A DNA stretch of 64,000 bases from Bryobacterales bacterium (GCA_963668345.2 CAXWPI010000005.1:95561-159560); one strand, 5' to 3'; positions 18,742-28,230 are shown, counted from the stretch's first letter. Numbers and translations: made by a program. The notes: a model not told the origin generated them from the letters alone.

Positions 18742-21552
18742 TCAACTGCAGCCGGAGGTTGAGCCACAGTTTTCGCACTTATAGCAACTGCCATTACGCG
18801 TCATCAGCGACCCGCATTCCGAGCAAATCGGCGAATCCACCGTCGCCGGCTGGAAAGATAACGACTTCTGTTGATCCGGCTCGGTAGGCCGCAGATCCGG
18901 TGTTTCACCCACTTCCGTTTGTTTGTACTCGGGTGAGATGAACTTGGCGCCTAACCAGCGGAAGATGTAGTCCATAATCGACTTGGCATAGGGAATCTCC
19001 GAGTTCCCTGTCCATCCGCTCGGTTCGAAGCGCACGTGTTGGAATTTATCCACCAGCACTTGCAGCGGCACGCCGTATTGCAGGGCCATCGATACCGCGG
19101 TGGCGAAGCTGTCCATGAGACCGCTGATCGTCGAACCTTCCTTGGCCATGCGAATAAAAATCTCTCCCGGCGTCGCCCCATCGTCATAGAGGCCAACCGT
19201 GATATACCCCTCGTGCCCGCCTACGGAAAACTTGTGGGTCAGCGATTGCCGCTCGTCGGGGAGCTTGCGGCGCATCGGCCGGAAGACTACTTTTTCGGCC
19301 GCGGCCTCGGCGCTTTGCCGCTCTTCTTCTCCCTCTTTCCCCTGCGACGAGCTGAGCGGCTGCGCGCGTTTGGACCCATCGCGGTAGATGGCCACCGCTT
19401 TCAGCCCCAGCCGCCAGGCGTCAACGTAGGCATTCACAATATCCTCGGCAGTTGATTCCTCCGGCATGTTGATCGTTTTCGAGATCGCTCCGGAGATGAA
19501 CGGCTGCACGGCGCCCATCATGCGGACATGCCCGCTATAGTGAATCGCCCGTTCGCCGTTCTGCGGCCGGAAGCTGCAGTCGAACACAGGCAGATGCTCG
19601 GGTTGAAGATCAGGCGCGCCCTCGATCGTCCCGGTGGAATCGACGTGGTTGACGATTTTGCTGCCCTGCTCGGGCGAATAACCTAACTTGAGTAGGGCGG
19701 AGGGCACCGTGTTGTTGACGATCTTGATCACACCCCCGCCGACGAGCTTCTTATACTTGACCAGCGCCAGCTCGGGCTCGACGCCGGTCGTATCGCAGTC
19801 CATCATGAAGCCGATCGTACCCGTCGGCGCGATGACCGTGACTTGGCCGTTGCGGTAGCCGTTTTGGCTGCCGGCCTCGTAGGCGTCATCCCAGCAGCGC
19901 TGCGCCGCATCGTAAAGCGCCTCGTCAACATGCTGAGAGTCGACGGTCCTGGCGGCGTCCCGATGCCCGCGGATCACCTCCAGGAAAGGCTGCTGGTTGT
20001 GCTCGTAGCCGGGGAACGGCCCGGTGGTCCGGGCGATCCGGGCGCTGGTCAAGTAGGCCTGCCCGCACATCACCGCGGAAATCAACCCCGCGACGGCGCG
20101 CCCTTTGTCGCTGTCATAGGGCAAACCCATCGACATCAGCAACGCTCCGAGGTTGGCAAAGCCCAGGCCGAGCGGCCGATAGTCGTGGGAGTTGCGGCAG
20201 ATCGTCTCCGTCGGGTAGCTCGCGTTGTCGACGATAATCTCTTGCGCGACGATCAGCGTATCAACGGCATGGCGGAAGGCCTCGGCGTCAAATCGCCCCT
20301 TGGAACCTTGAAACCTGAGCAGGTTCAACGATGCCAGGTTGCAAGCGGAATCGTCCAAGAACATATACTCCGAGCACGGATTGGAAGCGTTGATCCGCGC
20401 CGTATTCTTGCACGGGTGCCAGAGGTTCACCGTGGTGTCGAACTGCATGCCGGGATCGCCGCATTGATGGGTTGCCTCGGCGATGTCGTGCAGCAACTGG
20501 CGAGCTTTGTGACGTTCTTTGGGCTGGCCGTTGACGACCGAACGGGTCCACCAGTCTTCATCGTTAACGGCCGCTTCCATGAAGGCATCCGTCACCCGAA
20601 CCGAGTTGTTCGCATTCTGGAAGAATATCGACGAGTAGGCGTCTCCATCGATTGCCGCATCATAACCGGCTTCGACCAGCGTCCAAGCCTTGCGCTCCTC
20701 GCTGGCCTTGCACCATATGAACTTCTTGATGTCGGGATGGTCGGCATTCAAAATCACCATCTTGGCCGCCCGGCGTGTTTTGCCTCCCGACTTGATGACG
20801 CCCGCGAAGGCATCGAACCCCTTCATGAACGACACCGGACCCGACGCCCGCCCGCCGCCTTTGAGCGAGGCATCCTCCTCCCGAATCTTCGACAGGTTCG
20901 AACCGGTTCCCGATCCCAACTTGAACAGCATGCCCTCGGTCTTGGCCAGATCCATGATCGATTCCATGGTGTCGTCGGCCGAGATAATAAAACAGGCCGA
21001 GCACTGCGGGCGGTGCACGCCCGGTTCTAAAGCCGCCACTTGCCCTGACGCCTTGTTCCACGCCCAACCGTAGCCGCGGCCCTCCTTGACCCCGACGTTG
21101 AACCATACGGGCGAGTTAAAACTAGCCTTCTGCGTAAGCATGAGGTGGGCTAGCTCATGCCGAAAGTTCTCGACGTCTTCCGTCGTCGCGAAGTAGCCGT
21201 CGGCCGCACCCCAATCAGCGATCGTATCCACGACACGGTGGACCAACTGCTGTAAGCTGTGTTCACGCTCCGGCGTCCCAACGCGCCCGTGGAAGTACTT
21301 GCTGGCCACGATATTGGTCGCCGTTTGCGACCAGTTGCGGGGCATTTCCACCTCGCGCTGTTCAAAGATCGACTCTCCCTTTTCATTGGCGATCGAGGCG
21401 GTGCGGGTTTCCCACTCGAGCAGGCCGTAAGGTGTCTGAGAGGAGTCCAAGTCTTTCGTGAAATAACGCGGGAAAGCCAGGCCCCGCTTTTTTTCGACGT
21501 CTGTTGAGAGCCGATCTACCTGAGACGCCAGGTCAACGCTGATTTCACCCAT
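18742..21552 (-). CDS. nrdJ: Class II (adenosylcobalamin-dependent) ribonucleotide reductase
   Basis: The track ORF is over-extended to 21678. ATG at 21552 (MGEISVDLA..., purine-rich RBS upstream) gives 936 aa. The RNR catalytic core is present (NPCSEY, GLGFANLG) with a C-terminal Cys4 tail CSECGSLMTRNGSCYKCENCG. Confidence 0.93.
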   Translation of the reverse strand: MGEISVDLASQVDRLSTDVEKKRGLAFPRYFTKDLDSSQTPYGLLEWETRTASIANEKGESIFEQREVEMPRNWSQTATNIVASKYFHGRVGTPEREHSLQQLVHRVVDTIADWGAADGYFATTEDVENFRHELAHLMLTQKASFNSPVWFNVGVKEGRGYGWAWNKASGQVAALEPGVHRPQCSACFIISADDTMESIMDLAKTEGMLFKLGSGTGSNLSKIREEDASLKGGGRASGPVSFMKGFDAFAGVIKSGGKTRRAAKMVILNADHPDIKKFIWCKASEERKAWTLVEAGYDAAIDGDAYSSIFFQNANNSVRVTDAFMEAAVNDEDWWTRSVVNGQPKERHKARQLLHDIAEATHQCGDPGMQFDTTVNLWHPCKNTARINASNPCSEYMFLDDSACNLASLNLLRFQGSKGRFDAEAFRHAVDTLIVAQEIIVDNASYPTETICRNSHDYRPLGLGFANLGALLMSMGLPYDSDKGRAVAGLISAVMCGQAYLTSARIARTTGPFPGYEHNQQPFLEVIRGHRDAARTVDSQHVDEALYDAAQRCWDDAYEAGSQNGYRNGQVTVIAPTGTIGFMMDCDTTGVEPELALVKYKKLVGGGVIKIVNNTVPSALLKLGYSPEQGSKIVNHVDSTGTIEGAPDLQPEHLPVFDCSFRPQNGERAIHYSGHVRMMGAVQPFISGAISKTINMPEESTAEDIVNAYVDAWRLGLKAVAIYRDGSKRAQPLSSSQGKEGEEERQSAEAAAEKVVFRPMRRKLPDERQSLTHKFSVGGHEGYITVGLYDDGATPGEIFIRMAKEGSTISGLMDSFATAVSMALQYGVPLQVLVDKFQHVRFEPSGWTGNSEIPYAKSIMDYIFRWLGAKFISPEYKQTEVGETPDLRPTEPDQQKSLSFQPATVDSPICSECGSLMTRNGSCYKCENCGSTSGCS

Positions 21553-21695
21553 GCTTCTCTTCCCTTCTTGTCTCTTGCATCTAGCTTGCCCAAACCGCCT
21601 CCCCGCAGCCCGAAAAGAACCCGAACAGCTGGTCGGCAGGTGAGTGCCGCATGAGCTAATAGGGGCCGCCGGGCTCACGCGACATGGAACATACT

Positions 21696-21742
21696 ACACA
21701 TGATCTTGTGGTCTGTCAACCCTAAACTTCCATATATCGTGT
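21696..21742 (-). promoter_or_regulatory. Candidate tandem NrdR boxes upstream of nrdJ
   Basis: ACACATGATCTTGTGG (21696..21711) and CTTCCATATATCGTGT (21727..21742) are 16-mers resembling the NrdR palindrome acaCwAtATaTwGtgt. Their centres are 31 bp apart. Confidence 0.45.
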
Positions 21743-21911
21743 TTTTGGTACTCACCGCTCGTTTTGCCGGTCGAAGCGCTTGCCCCCGCATCCGGAGAAA
21801 CCCTCGTCCCACCTATCGGTGGTGGTTCCTCATCACCGCGACGTTGGCGGCGCGGTCCACGCCCGCCCCGCACGAGCGAGACGTTTAGAGCGCCACCCGT
21901 ACTTTTAGAGT

Positions 21912-22044
21912 GCCCGGTGGTGGCTGGGTACAGTCAGCCAATTTCGCGTCCGAATGCGCCCGTAAGTTGTTGATTCTTTGAAGGCGCGAAATTGGTGACA
22001 GTCCCCGCCCCGAGCGCCACGCGTATTTTGCGCCGGAAAGTAGC
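21912..22044 (-). repeat. Type C repeat, copy lacking one terminus
   Basis: It is the reverse complement of most of 30198..30356 and retains the TTTTGCGCCGGAAAGTAGC end. That end abuts TA 22045-22046, which is shared with the type B copy. Confidence 0.8.
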
Positions 22045-22046
22045 TA

Positions 22047-22240
22047 GCCCGCTTTTCTCGCCAGGTGGCGAGGCGAAGTGCTTGAGAGGCCCGTCCGTAC
22101 AAGGCGCGCGCCGCTCGGCAACTCGTTTCTTGAACAATGCGGGCGTACTTGAACCCTACGTTTAGCACGGCGAGCAAGCGCACCGACGTAATCGCGGGCC
22201 CATCGTGTGCTTCGACCGTCAGCTGGTCAGAAATGCGGGC
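22047..22240 (+). mobile_element. Type B MITE-like element, full-length copy (194 bp, TA flanks)
   Basis: The termini GCCCGCTTTTCTCGCCAG and CTGGTCAGAAATGCGGGC are imperfect inverted repeats. TA is present at 22045-22046 and 22241-22242. Confidence 0.8.
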
Positions 22241-22328
22241 TAGAGTCTCAAGAGAAAACACCGAGCCTGATAGCGAAATAGCCCTGAAAGATGCAGCCTC
22301 CGGGCCGGCGTTCCTCGGTGGTAAGCAG

Positions 22329-23588
22329 CTAGCCGGCCGCCGCGGGCGGTCCCTGCTGAAAGACCTTGTCGAGAACCGTGACTGCCTGATCGATGTGGCG
22401 CCGCTCGATGATGTAGGGCGGCAGGAATCGCAACACGGTCTCGGTCGTGCAGTTAATCAACAAGCCCATCTCCATCGCCTGCTGCACGACGGCCTTGCCG
22501 GGGACTTTCAGGTTCAACCCGACCATCAATCCCTTGCCGCGAACCCCCTCGACGAAGTCGTAGCGTACGACGAGCTCCTCGAGCCGGCGCTTGAAATAAT
22601 CCCCGCTTTCTCGGATCGCCGGCAGCTCCTCGTCGAGGACGTCCAAAAACTCGAGCGCCACCCGACAGGCGAGCGCGCCACCCCCAAACGTCGTGCCGTG
22701 CAACCCTGGAGAGATCATTGCAGCGGCTCGCTCGTTGGCAATGACGCAGCCCATGGGCAGCCCCCCGCCGAGAGGTTTGGCGGTGACGAGGATGTCCGGC
22801 TGGACCGGCTCGGGACTCCTATCGTCAGCAGACGGCTGATGCCACCACTGAAAGGCAAAGTAACTTCCCGTGCGGCCGAGGCCGCTCTGAATCTCGTCGA
22901 AGATCAGCAGCGCGTTATGCCGCTTGGCAAGGTCCATCGCGCAACGGGCGAAGTCCCTACTTACTTCCTGAAGGCCGCCTTCTCCTAGAATCGGCTCTAG
23001 AAGGATCGCCGTGGTCCGATCGCTGACGGCCGCTCTGAGCCCGTCGAGATCGTTGACATCGACGAACCTTACTCCCGGCAACAGCGGTTCGAAAGGTTCA
23101 CGGTACTTCGCCGTGCCAGTGACCGACAAAGCGCCCGCCGTCCGCCCGGCAAAGCCGTCGTTGAGCGCCACGATCTCGAACTTCTCCTCGCTCTGGCGCC
23201 GTCCGAAGGCCTTGGCGATCTTCAGGGCGCCTTCTATGCTTTCCCCGCCGCTATTGGTGAAAAACACACGGTCGAGTCCGGTGAGTTCGGTCAGGCGCGC
23301 GGCCAACGGCGCCTGGTAGCTGTGGTAGTAGAGGTTCGAGCAGTGGATCAAGCGGCTCATCTGCTCGCGAATGGCCTTGAGGATTCGCGGGTGGCCGTGG
23401 CCGAGCGCATTCACTCCTATGCCGGAGACGAAGTCCAGGTAGCGCTTGCCGGCCTCGTCGTACACGTAGCAGCCCTTCCCTCTGACGATGACCAGGGGAA
23501 GACGGCCATAGCTTTGGATCAGACATTTTTTCTCTAACTCAACGACGCCCCCTTCGGCGGAGGCGGGGTTCGGAGGGGTGGCGGCCAT
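22329..23588 (-). CDS. argD: Acetylornithine/class III aminotransferase
   Basis: ATG at 23588 is preferred (MAATPPN..., 419 aa). Motifs include GIGVNALGHGHP, TNSGGESIEGALK and IFDEIQSGLGRTG; the PLP Lys lies in TAKPLGGG. Confidence 0.85.
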   Translation of the reverse strand: MAATPPNPASAEGGVVELEKKCLIQSYGRLPLVIVRGKGCYVYDEAGKRYLDFVSGIGVNALGHGHPRILKAIREQMSRLIHCSNLYYHSYQAPLAARLTELTGLDRVFFTNSGGESIEGALKIAKAFGRRQSEEKFEIVALNDGFAGRTAGALSVTGTAKYREPFEPLLPGVRFVDVNDLDGLRAAVSDRTTAILLEPILGEGGLQEVSRDFARCAMDLAKRHNALLIFDEIQSGLGRTGSYFAFQWWHQPSADDRSPEPVQPDILVTAKPLGGGLPMGCVIANERAAAMISPGLHGTTFGGGALACRVALEFLDVLDEELPAIRESGDYFKRRLEELVVRYDFVEGVRGKGLMVGLNLKVPGKAVVQQAMEMGLLINCTTETVLRFLPPYIIERRHIDQAVTVLDKVFQQGPPAAAG

Positions 23589-23787
23589 AACGCGTATAGC
23601 GTAACAGAATGGGAGGGGCCAGTTAGACCTTCCTTGGGTAGAAAGAAGCCCCAAAAGCCTGTTGCCGGCCAACTCCCACCGTTCGCAGGTCTATCTTGAA
23701 ATTGGGTTGTTTGAGCTAGTGGTGTGAGCCGCGCGCGTGGCGGACAAAAAAGCCGGTTCGTTTAAGGGGGGCATTATCAGAACTTGA

Positions 23788-25548
23788 TTAACTGCCACTC
23801 ATATCCAAATTTAGGTCAATCGATCGACTCTTAGCATCCAACGCTGTAATCTTGAACGACCGCACTTGGCCGCGCTTGAGGTCTTCGGGTCGCGCGGATC
23901 GGGATCCACCTCCCGCTCCCGCTTGCCAGGCCGAGCGGAGCATCTCGCCTAGCGACGAGACGTCCTGGGCCGAGCGGGGCGATTCAGCCGCCTCGCTCGC
24001 AGTCTCTTCGGCTGATTCGTCCCAGCGGCAAATCGCCTTGACTCCTTCTCCCAGCTCGATTGTCGCTTGGCCGCGGCGCACTTTTACCACCCGCCCGGTC
24101 ACCGTGTCGCCGAGCTTGGCTTCTTGGATGAAGCTGTCCTGGCCGTCGGGCTCGAGTTTCTTGATGCTGAGCTTGAGACGGCGCTTGGGGGGGGCGATTT
24201 CAACGACGGCCGCCTGAATCTTCTGATCGATCTTGAGCACTTCGCTGGGATGATTCACCCGCCTTTCGGCGGTCAGATCCGAGACATGAACGAGGCCCTC
24301 GATCCCCTCGGCGATCTCGACGAAGGCGCCGAACTTCGTCAAGTTCCGCACGGTGCCCGCGACGACCTTGCCGACCGGGAAATCTTCACCGATACGCTCC
24401 CAGGGATCGCCTAGCACCTGCTTGATGCCTAGCGAGATCCGCTGGTCCGCCGTGTTGATGTCAAGCACGACAACGTCAACGAATTCGCCGACTTTGAGCA
24501 GGTCCCTCGGGTGGCGCACCCGGCGGGCCCAAGACATCTCCGAAACGTGCACCAAGCCTTCGACGCCGGGTTCGAGCGCGACGAACGCGCCAAAGTCTTT
24601 CAGTAGTTTGACCTCACCCTTGCGTCGGTCACCGACCTTGAGTTTTTCGCCGATCAGCGTCCAGGGGTCCGGCGCGAGCTGCTTACGGCCCACGGAGATC
24701 CGCTTCCCGTTGTCTTCGATCTTCAGAACCTTGACTTCCAGCGAGTCTCCTTCGGAAAGAACCGCCGAAACGTCAGAGGTCCTGTCCCACGAGAGGTCCT
24801 TGGCGTGGAGCAAGGCGTCAACGCCCCCAAGGTCAAGGAAGGCGCCGAAGTCCCGGATGTTTCTAACTGTACCTTGGACTACAGCACCCGGTTCCAGCCG
24901 GGCAATCGCTTCATCGCGCTGACGCTGTTTTTCTTCTTCGAGCAGGACTCGTCGGTCGACGATCACGTTTTCGTCGTCTACATCGAGCTGGATGATGCGG
25001 CAGCGAACTTCCGTGCCCACGAGCTTCTCCAGTTCGGAGGCGTCCTTACCGCCGGAGCGCGAGGCGGGCATAAAGGCCCGCACGCCGACATCGACTGCGA
25101 GACCGCCTTTGATGGCTTCGGTCACGGTCCCGGCGATGGCGGCTCCGGTTGAGAATGCCCATTCGAACTGGGCCCAGTTTTGCGGGCGCTCGGCAATCAC
25201 CCGGGAAAGCAGCAGATAGCCGTCCGGCGAACGTCCGGTGATGCTTACGTCCACGGAATCTCCGACACTCAGCTGCGGATCGTCGTCCTTCTCAGAACGA
25301 GTTTCGAGGGGTAGAAACGCTTCTGATTTCCGGCCCATGTCCACGAAGACGCCGTCGTCGCGGACGCTCACGACCGTACCCGTCAGTACTCCGCCTTCTC
25401 GGGAGGCGGGTTTCTCCTGTTGCCTTTCGAACTGCTCCAGCAGGTCGGAAAACGACTCTTCGGCGGCGGTTTCCGGCTCGGAAGAGGACACCTCGGCCGA
25501 GGCAGGCTTCTTCTCGGGGGGGGACTCGGACTCCGCGGATTGACTCAT
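23788..25548 (-). CDS. rpsA: 30S ribosomal protein S1
   Basis: ATG at 25548 is preferred (MSQSAESES...). The longer track ORF would overlap the divergent gene at 25694. Six S1/OB repeats follow an acidic N-terminal extension. Confidence 0.93.
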   Translation of the reverse strand: MSQSAESESPPEKKPASAEVSSSEPETAAEESFSDLLEQFERQQEKPASREGGVLTGTVVSVRDDGVFVDMGRKSEAFLPLETRSEKDDDPQLSVGDSVDVSITGRSPDGYLLLSRVIAERPQNWAQFEWAFSTGAAIAGTVTEAIKGGLAVDVGVRAFMPASRSGGKDASELEKLVGTEVRCRIIQLDVDDENVIVDRRVLLEEEKQRQRDEAIARLEPGAVVQGTVRNIRDFGAFLDLGGVDALLHAKDLSWDRTSDVSAVLSEGDSLEVKVLKIEDNGKRISVGRKQLAPDPWTLIGEKLKVGDRRKGEVKLLKDFGAFVALEPGVEGLVHVSEMSWARRVRHPRDLLKVGEFVDVVVLDINTADQRISLGIKQVLGDPWERIGEDFPVGKVVAGTVRNLTKFGAFVEIAEGIEGLVHVSDLTAERRVNHPSEVLKIDQKIQAAVVEIAPPKRRLKLSIKKLEPDGQDSFIQEAKLGDTVTGRVVKVRRGQATIELGEGVKAICRWDESAEETASEAAESPRSAQDVSSLGEMLRSAWQAGAGGGSRSARPEDLKRGQVRSFKITALDAKSRSIDLNLDMSGS

Positions 25549-25693
25549 GGGCGCTGAGCGCGGCTCCGCTTCATTGTCCCATAGGGTACATCGGCCACGC
25601 GCTACTTCCCGGCGCCGTCTAGCTCGCGGGATAGGACCTTGCTCGGCGGATTTGATACGATAGCAGCGAACGTAAGGACACAGGACGGGAAGT

Positions 25694-26017
25694 ATGACCG
25701 AGTTAGCCCAGAAAACGTGCGTCCCTTGCAAAGGAGGCGTGCCCCCGCTCCGGGGAACTGACCTTCAACGCCTGGCCGAGCAAGTGCCGCGGTGGAACGT
25801 GGTCGAGGAGCACCACATCGAAAGAACTTTTGACTTCTCGAATTTCAGGGAAGCTCTGGAGTTCACTAACCGAGTCGGGGAGCTGGCCGAGGAGCAAGGC
25901 CACCACCCCGATATCTATCTTGCGTGGGGCAAAACCGGGATCAAGATCTGGACGCACAAGATTGACGGACTGACGGAAAGCGATTTTGTCATGGCCGCCA
26001 AGATCGATGCGTTGTGA
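25694..26017 (+). CDS. Pterin-4-alpha-carbinolamine dehydratase
   Basis: 107 aa with CVPCKGG, AEEQGHHPD and KIWTHKIDGLTESDFVMAAKID, which are typical PCD/DCoH motifs. Confidence 0.9.
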   Translation: MTELAQKTCVPCKGGVPPLRGTDLQRLAEQVPRWNVVEEHHIERTFDFSNFREALEFTNRVGELAEEQGHHPDIYLAWGKTGIKIWTHKIDGLTESDFVMAAKIDAL

Positions 26018-26039
26018 GTTGCGACACGGCGCTCCACTG

Positions 26040-26290
26040 TGAGTTGCTCTCCAAACTGTTGCCGCGAAGGTAGTTGTTCCCATGGTTCGGCGTCGACCGT
26101 CAGCTTGCTGAACATGACCGCTCAGAGCCGCGGGGGGTAGCCCGCGGGCCCGTGCCTTCACGGGCGCGAATCTGTCCGGTCTCGCCCGCCGGGCCCGTGC
26201 CCTGACGGGCACGGCTCAGTCTGCTTCTTGCCCGCTCTGCCGTGTCCTTGCCGCGAAGGTAGTCGGCCCAACAGTTCGGCGTCGTATTTC
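26040..26290. repeat. Composite repeat block: about 35-bp direct repeat flanking twin GC hairpins
   Basis: TTGCCGCGAAGGTAGT..GTTCGGCGTCG occurs at about 26063 and about 26247. Between the two copies lie CGGGCCCGTGCCTTCACGGGCG and CGGGCCCGTGCCCTGACGGGCACGG. Short motifs are shared with types A and B (AACTGTTGCCGCGA, GACCGTCAGCT). Confidence 0.65.
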
Positions 26291-26416
26291 CCGCGCCCCT
26301 TGCGGGGCATCAAGATCACATCAGCCCGGGAGGGGTGGCCCACATGCCGCACCGAGTCGCCGTTCTTACGCGCCGGGCGCCGAGATTGAGCGGCTATACT
26401 GGTTGCAGCGCTTCGC

Positions 26417-28015
26417 TTGCTAAGAGGGGTCGTCGTGGCATCCAACCTGCGTGGGATACTTGCCGTGGTCGCCGCGTCGGCGCTTCTCGGCGGCATCTAC
26501 GGGCGCGGTCTGGGTAGCGCCGCACTCGTCGGACAGAGGGACGCGGTCAAGGACTACGCCCGTGACTTTGAAGACCTCGTCACCTTGGTCCGCCGGAACT
26601 ATTCCTCCGAGATCGACGTCGAAAGCGTCATCTACCGCGGCGCGATCCCGTCTATGCTGCGCGAGCTGGATCCGCACTCGCAGTTCCTCGATCCGCGTGC
26701 CTTTGCCCGCCTGCGGGAGGAGCAGAAAGGCAGCTACGCGGGCGTGGGCATGCAGATCCGCGAGTTCAAAGGGCGGACGATTGTCGATTATCCATTTCCC
26801 AATACCCCCTCTTTTCGTGGAGGTATTCGGCCCGAGGACGAGATTGCCACTGTAGACGGCCGCTCGACAAGCAACCTGTCAATCGAAGAGGTGGCTCGGC
26901 TCGTCCGTGGACCGAAGGGATCGGCTGTTCGTCTTGGCCTGAGACGTCAAGGTGTGGACAAGCAGGTCGAGGTCGAAGTCGTCCGGGCAGAGATCCCTCG
27001 CCAGAGCATTCCGCTGGCGTCGTTGGTGGAACCCGGTGTCGGCTATGTCAAGCTGATAAGCTTCAGCGAAACGACAGACGGGGAGATCGATAAGGCTTTG
27101 CGGAAGCTCTCTCGGGAGAATCTCTCCGGACTCATCCTAGATCTTCGAGACAATCGGGGCGGGCTGCTGAGCTCGGGAGTACAGGTGGCCGACCGTTTTC
27201 TGCCCCAGGGACAAACCATCGTTTCTCACCGCGGCCGCGCGTCGAGAGAGAAATCGTATCGGGTGCGTCAGGGTCACCAGGGAGATCTCTACCCCATGGT
27301 GGTGCTGGTGAATTGCGAATCCGCCTCGGCGTCTGAGATCGTGGCCGGGGCGCTGCAAGACCATGATCGGGCTCTGATTGTGGGCTCGAATACTTTCGGC
27401 AAGGGGCTTGTTCAGTCGGTCGTGAACCTCAGGAGCAGTCCCACCGCCTTGGTGTTGACCACGGCGCGCTACTACACTCCCAGTGGCCGGTTGATTCAAC
27501 GTCCCTACCGCAACGTGTCGGCGGCGGACTACTACGCCGATGCTTGCAGCCCGGGCTATCGGCCCGCCAATCAAGAAGTGAGTCTGACCGACAACGGCCG
27601 TCGCGTTTACAGCGGCGGCGGAATCACGCCGGACGTCGAACTTTCCGAGCTCAAGCTCAACACTTTTCAACAACGTCTCCAGGCGGAGCGATCGTTGCAG
27701 GGATTCGCTCAGCAATACTGCCTCCATCGCTCGGAGCTACCCCCAGGCTGGGAAGCAAACGCTGCGATCTTGGAACGATTTCAGCGTTATCTTCACAACG
27801 AGCGAATTGCCTTTACCGCGCAAGAATTCGTTGACGATCGAGACTTCATCCGGCGCGGTCTGAAGAAGCACGTCAACACAGCTTGTGTGGGCTGGGAAGC
27901 CGGGCTTCTGGCCGAAGTCGATCAGGACCCGGCGGTCCGGCGCGCCCTAGCACTCATCCCCGACGCCTCCGACTTGCTCCAGAGCGCCCAGGGAACACTG
28001 ACGCTGAATCGCTAG
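26417..28015 (+). CDS. S41 carboxyl-terminal processing peptidase (PDZ + peptidase), paralog 1
   Basis: 532 aa with a signal/anchor, a PDZ domain (GGIRPEDEIATVDG) and GLILDLRDNRGGLL. NCESASASEIVAGALQDHDRALIVGSNTFGKGLVQ carries the catalytic Ser/Lys region. Confidence 0.9.
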   Translation: MLRGVVVASNLRGILAVVAASALLGGIYGRGLGSAALVGQRDAVKDYARDFEDLVTLVRRNYSSEIDVESVIYRGAIPSMLRELDPHSQFLDPRAFARLREEQKGSYAGVGMQIREFKGRTIVDYPFPNTPSFRGGIRPEDEIATVDGRSTSNLSIEEVARLVRGPKGSAVRLGLRRQGVDKQVEVEVVRAEIPRQSIPLASLVEPGVGYVKLISFSETTDGEIDKALRKLSRENLSGLILDLRDNRGGLLSSGVQVADRFLPQGQTIVSHRGRASREKSYRVRQGHQGDLYPMVVLVNCESASASEIVAGALQDHDRALIVGSNTFGKGLVQSVVNLRSSPTALVLTTARYYTPSGRLIQRPYRNVSAADYYADACSPGYRPANQEVSLTDNGRRVYSGGGITPDVELSELKLNTFQQRLQAERSLQGFAQQYCLHRSELPPGWEANAAILERFQRYLHNERIAFTAQEFVDDRDFIRRGLKKHVNTACVGWEAGLLAEVDQDPAVRRALALIPDASDLLQSAQGTLTLNR

Positions 28016-28230
28016 CGGCATCGAGAACAGATCCGCAAAAGAGAATAGCCCCGCGGGCCGGCAGAAGGGGCCGTGACGCGTATTTCGCGGATGAACAACG
28101 GCAGGCCAAGGCGGTTGGAGAATTCTAGAACTTGACTCTTTGGTTGCGCTGTTGCCCACACTGATGACCAGTGGTCTGGTCTGCTCTGGACCAAGAGTGC
28201 GAGAGGAGCCGCGAAGCGGCGCCGGAATCC

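Noticed and set aside
21553-21760. Cobalamin riboswitch upstream of the B12-dependent nrdJ
   Set aside because: I could not find the conserved B12-box or the expected multi-stem architecture in the leader. B12 riboswitches typically repress B12-independent isozymes rather than nrdJ. The only signal seen was the NrdR-like boxes.
21905-22261. Small ORFs sharing the peptide ISxQLTVEAH..LLxVLNV, also in 17847..18266 and 16848..17255
   Set aside because: The shared peptide arises from translating copies of the type B DNA repeat in one frame. The copies occur in both orientations and as fragments, so they are treated as repeats, not a gene family.
25549-25731. Longer N-terminal extension of rpsA, with analogous extensions of nrdJ to 21678, argD to 23672 and the ankyrin protein to 8819
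   Set aside because: Internal ATGs are preceded by purine-rich RBS-like sequence and give N-termini that match the family or a signal peptide. The rpsA extension would overlap the divergent pterin dehydratase gene.
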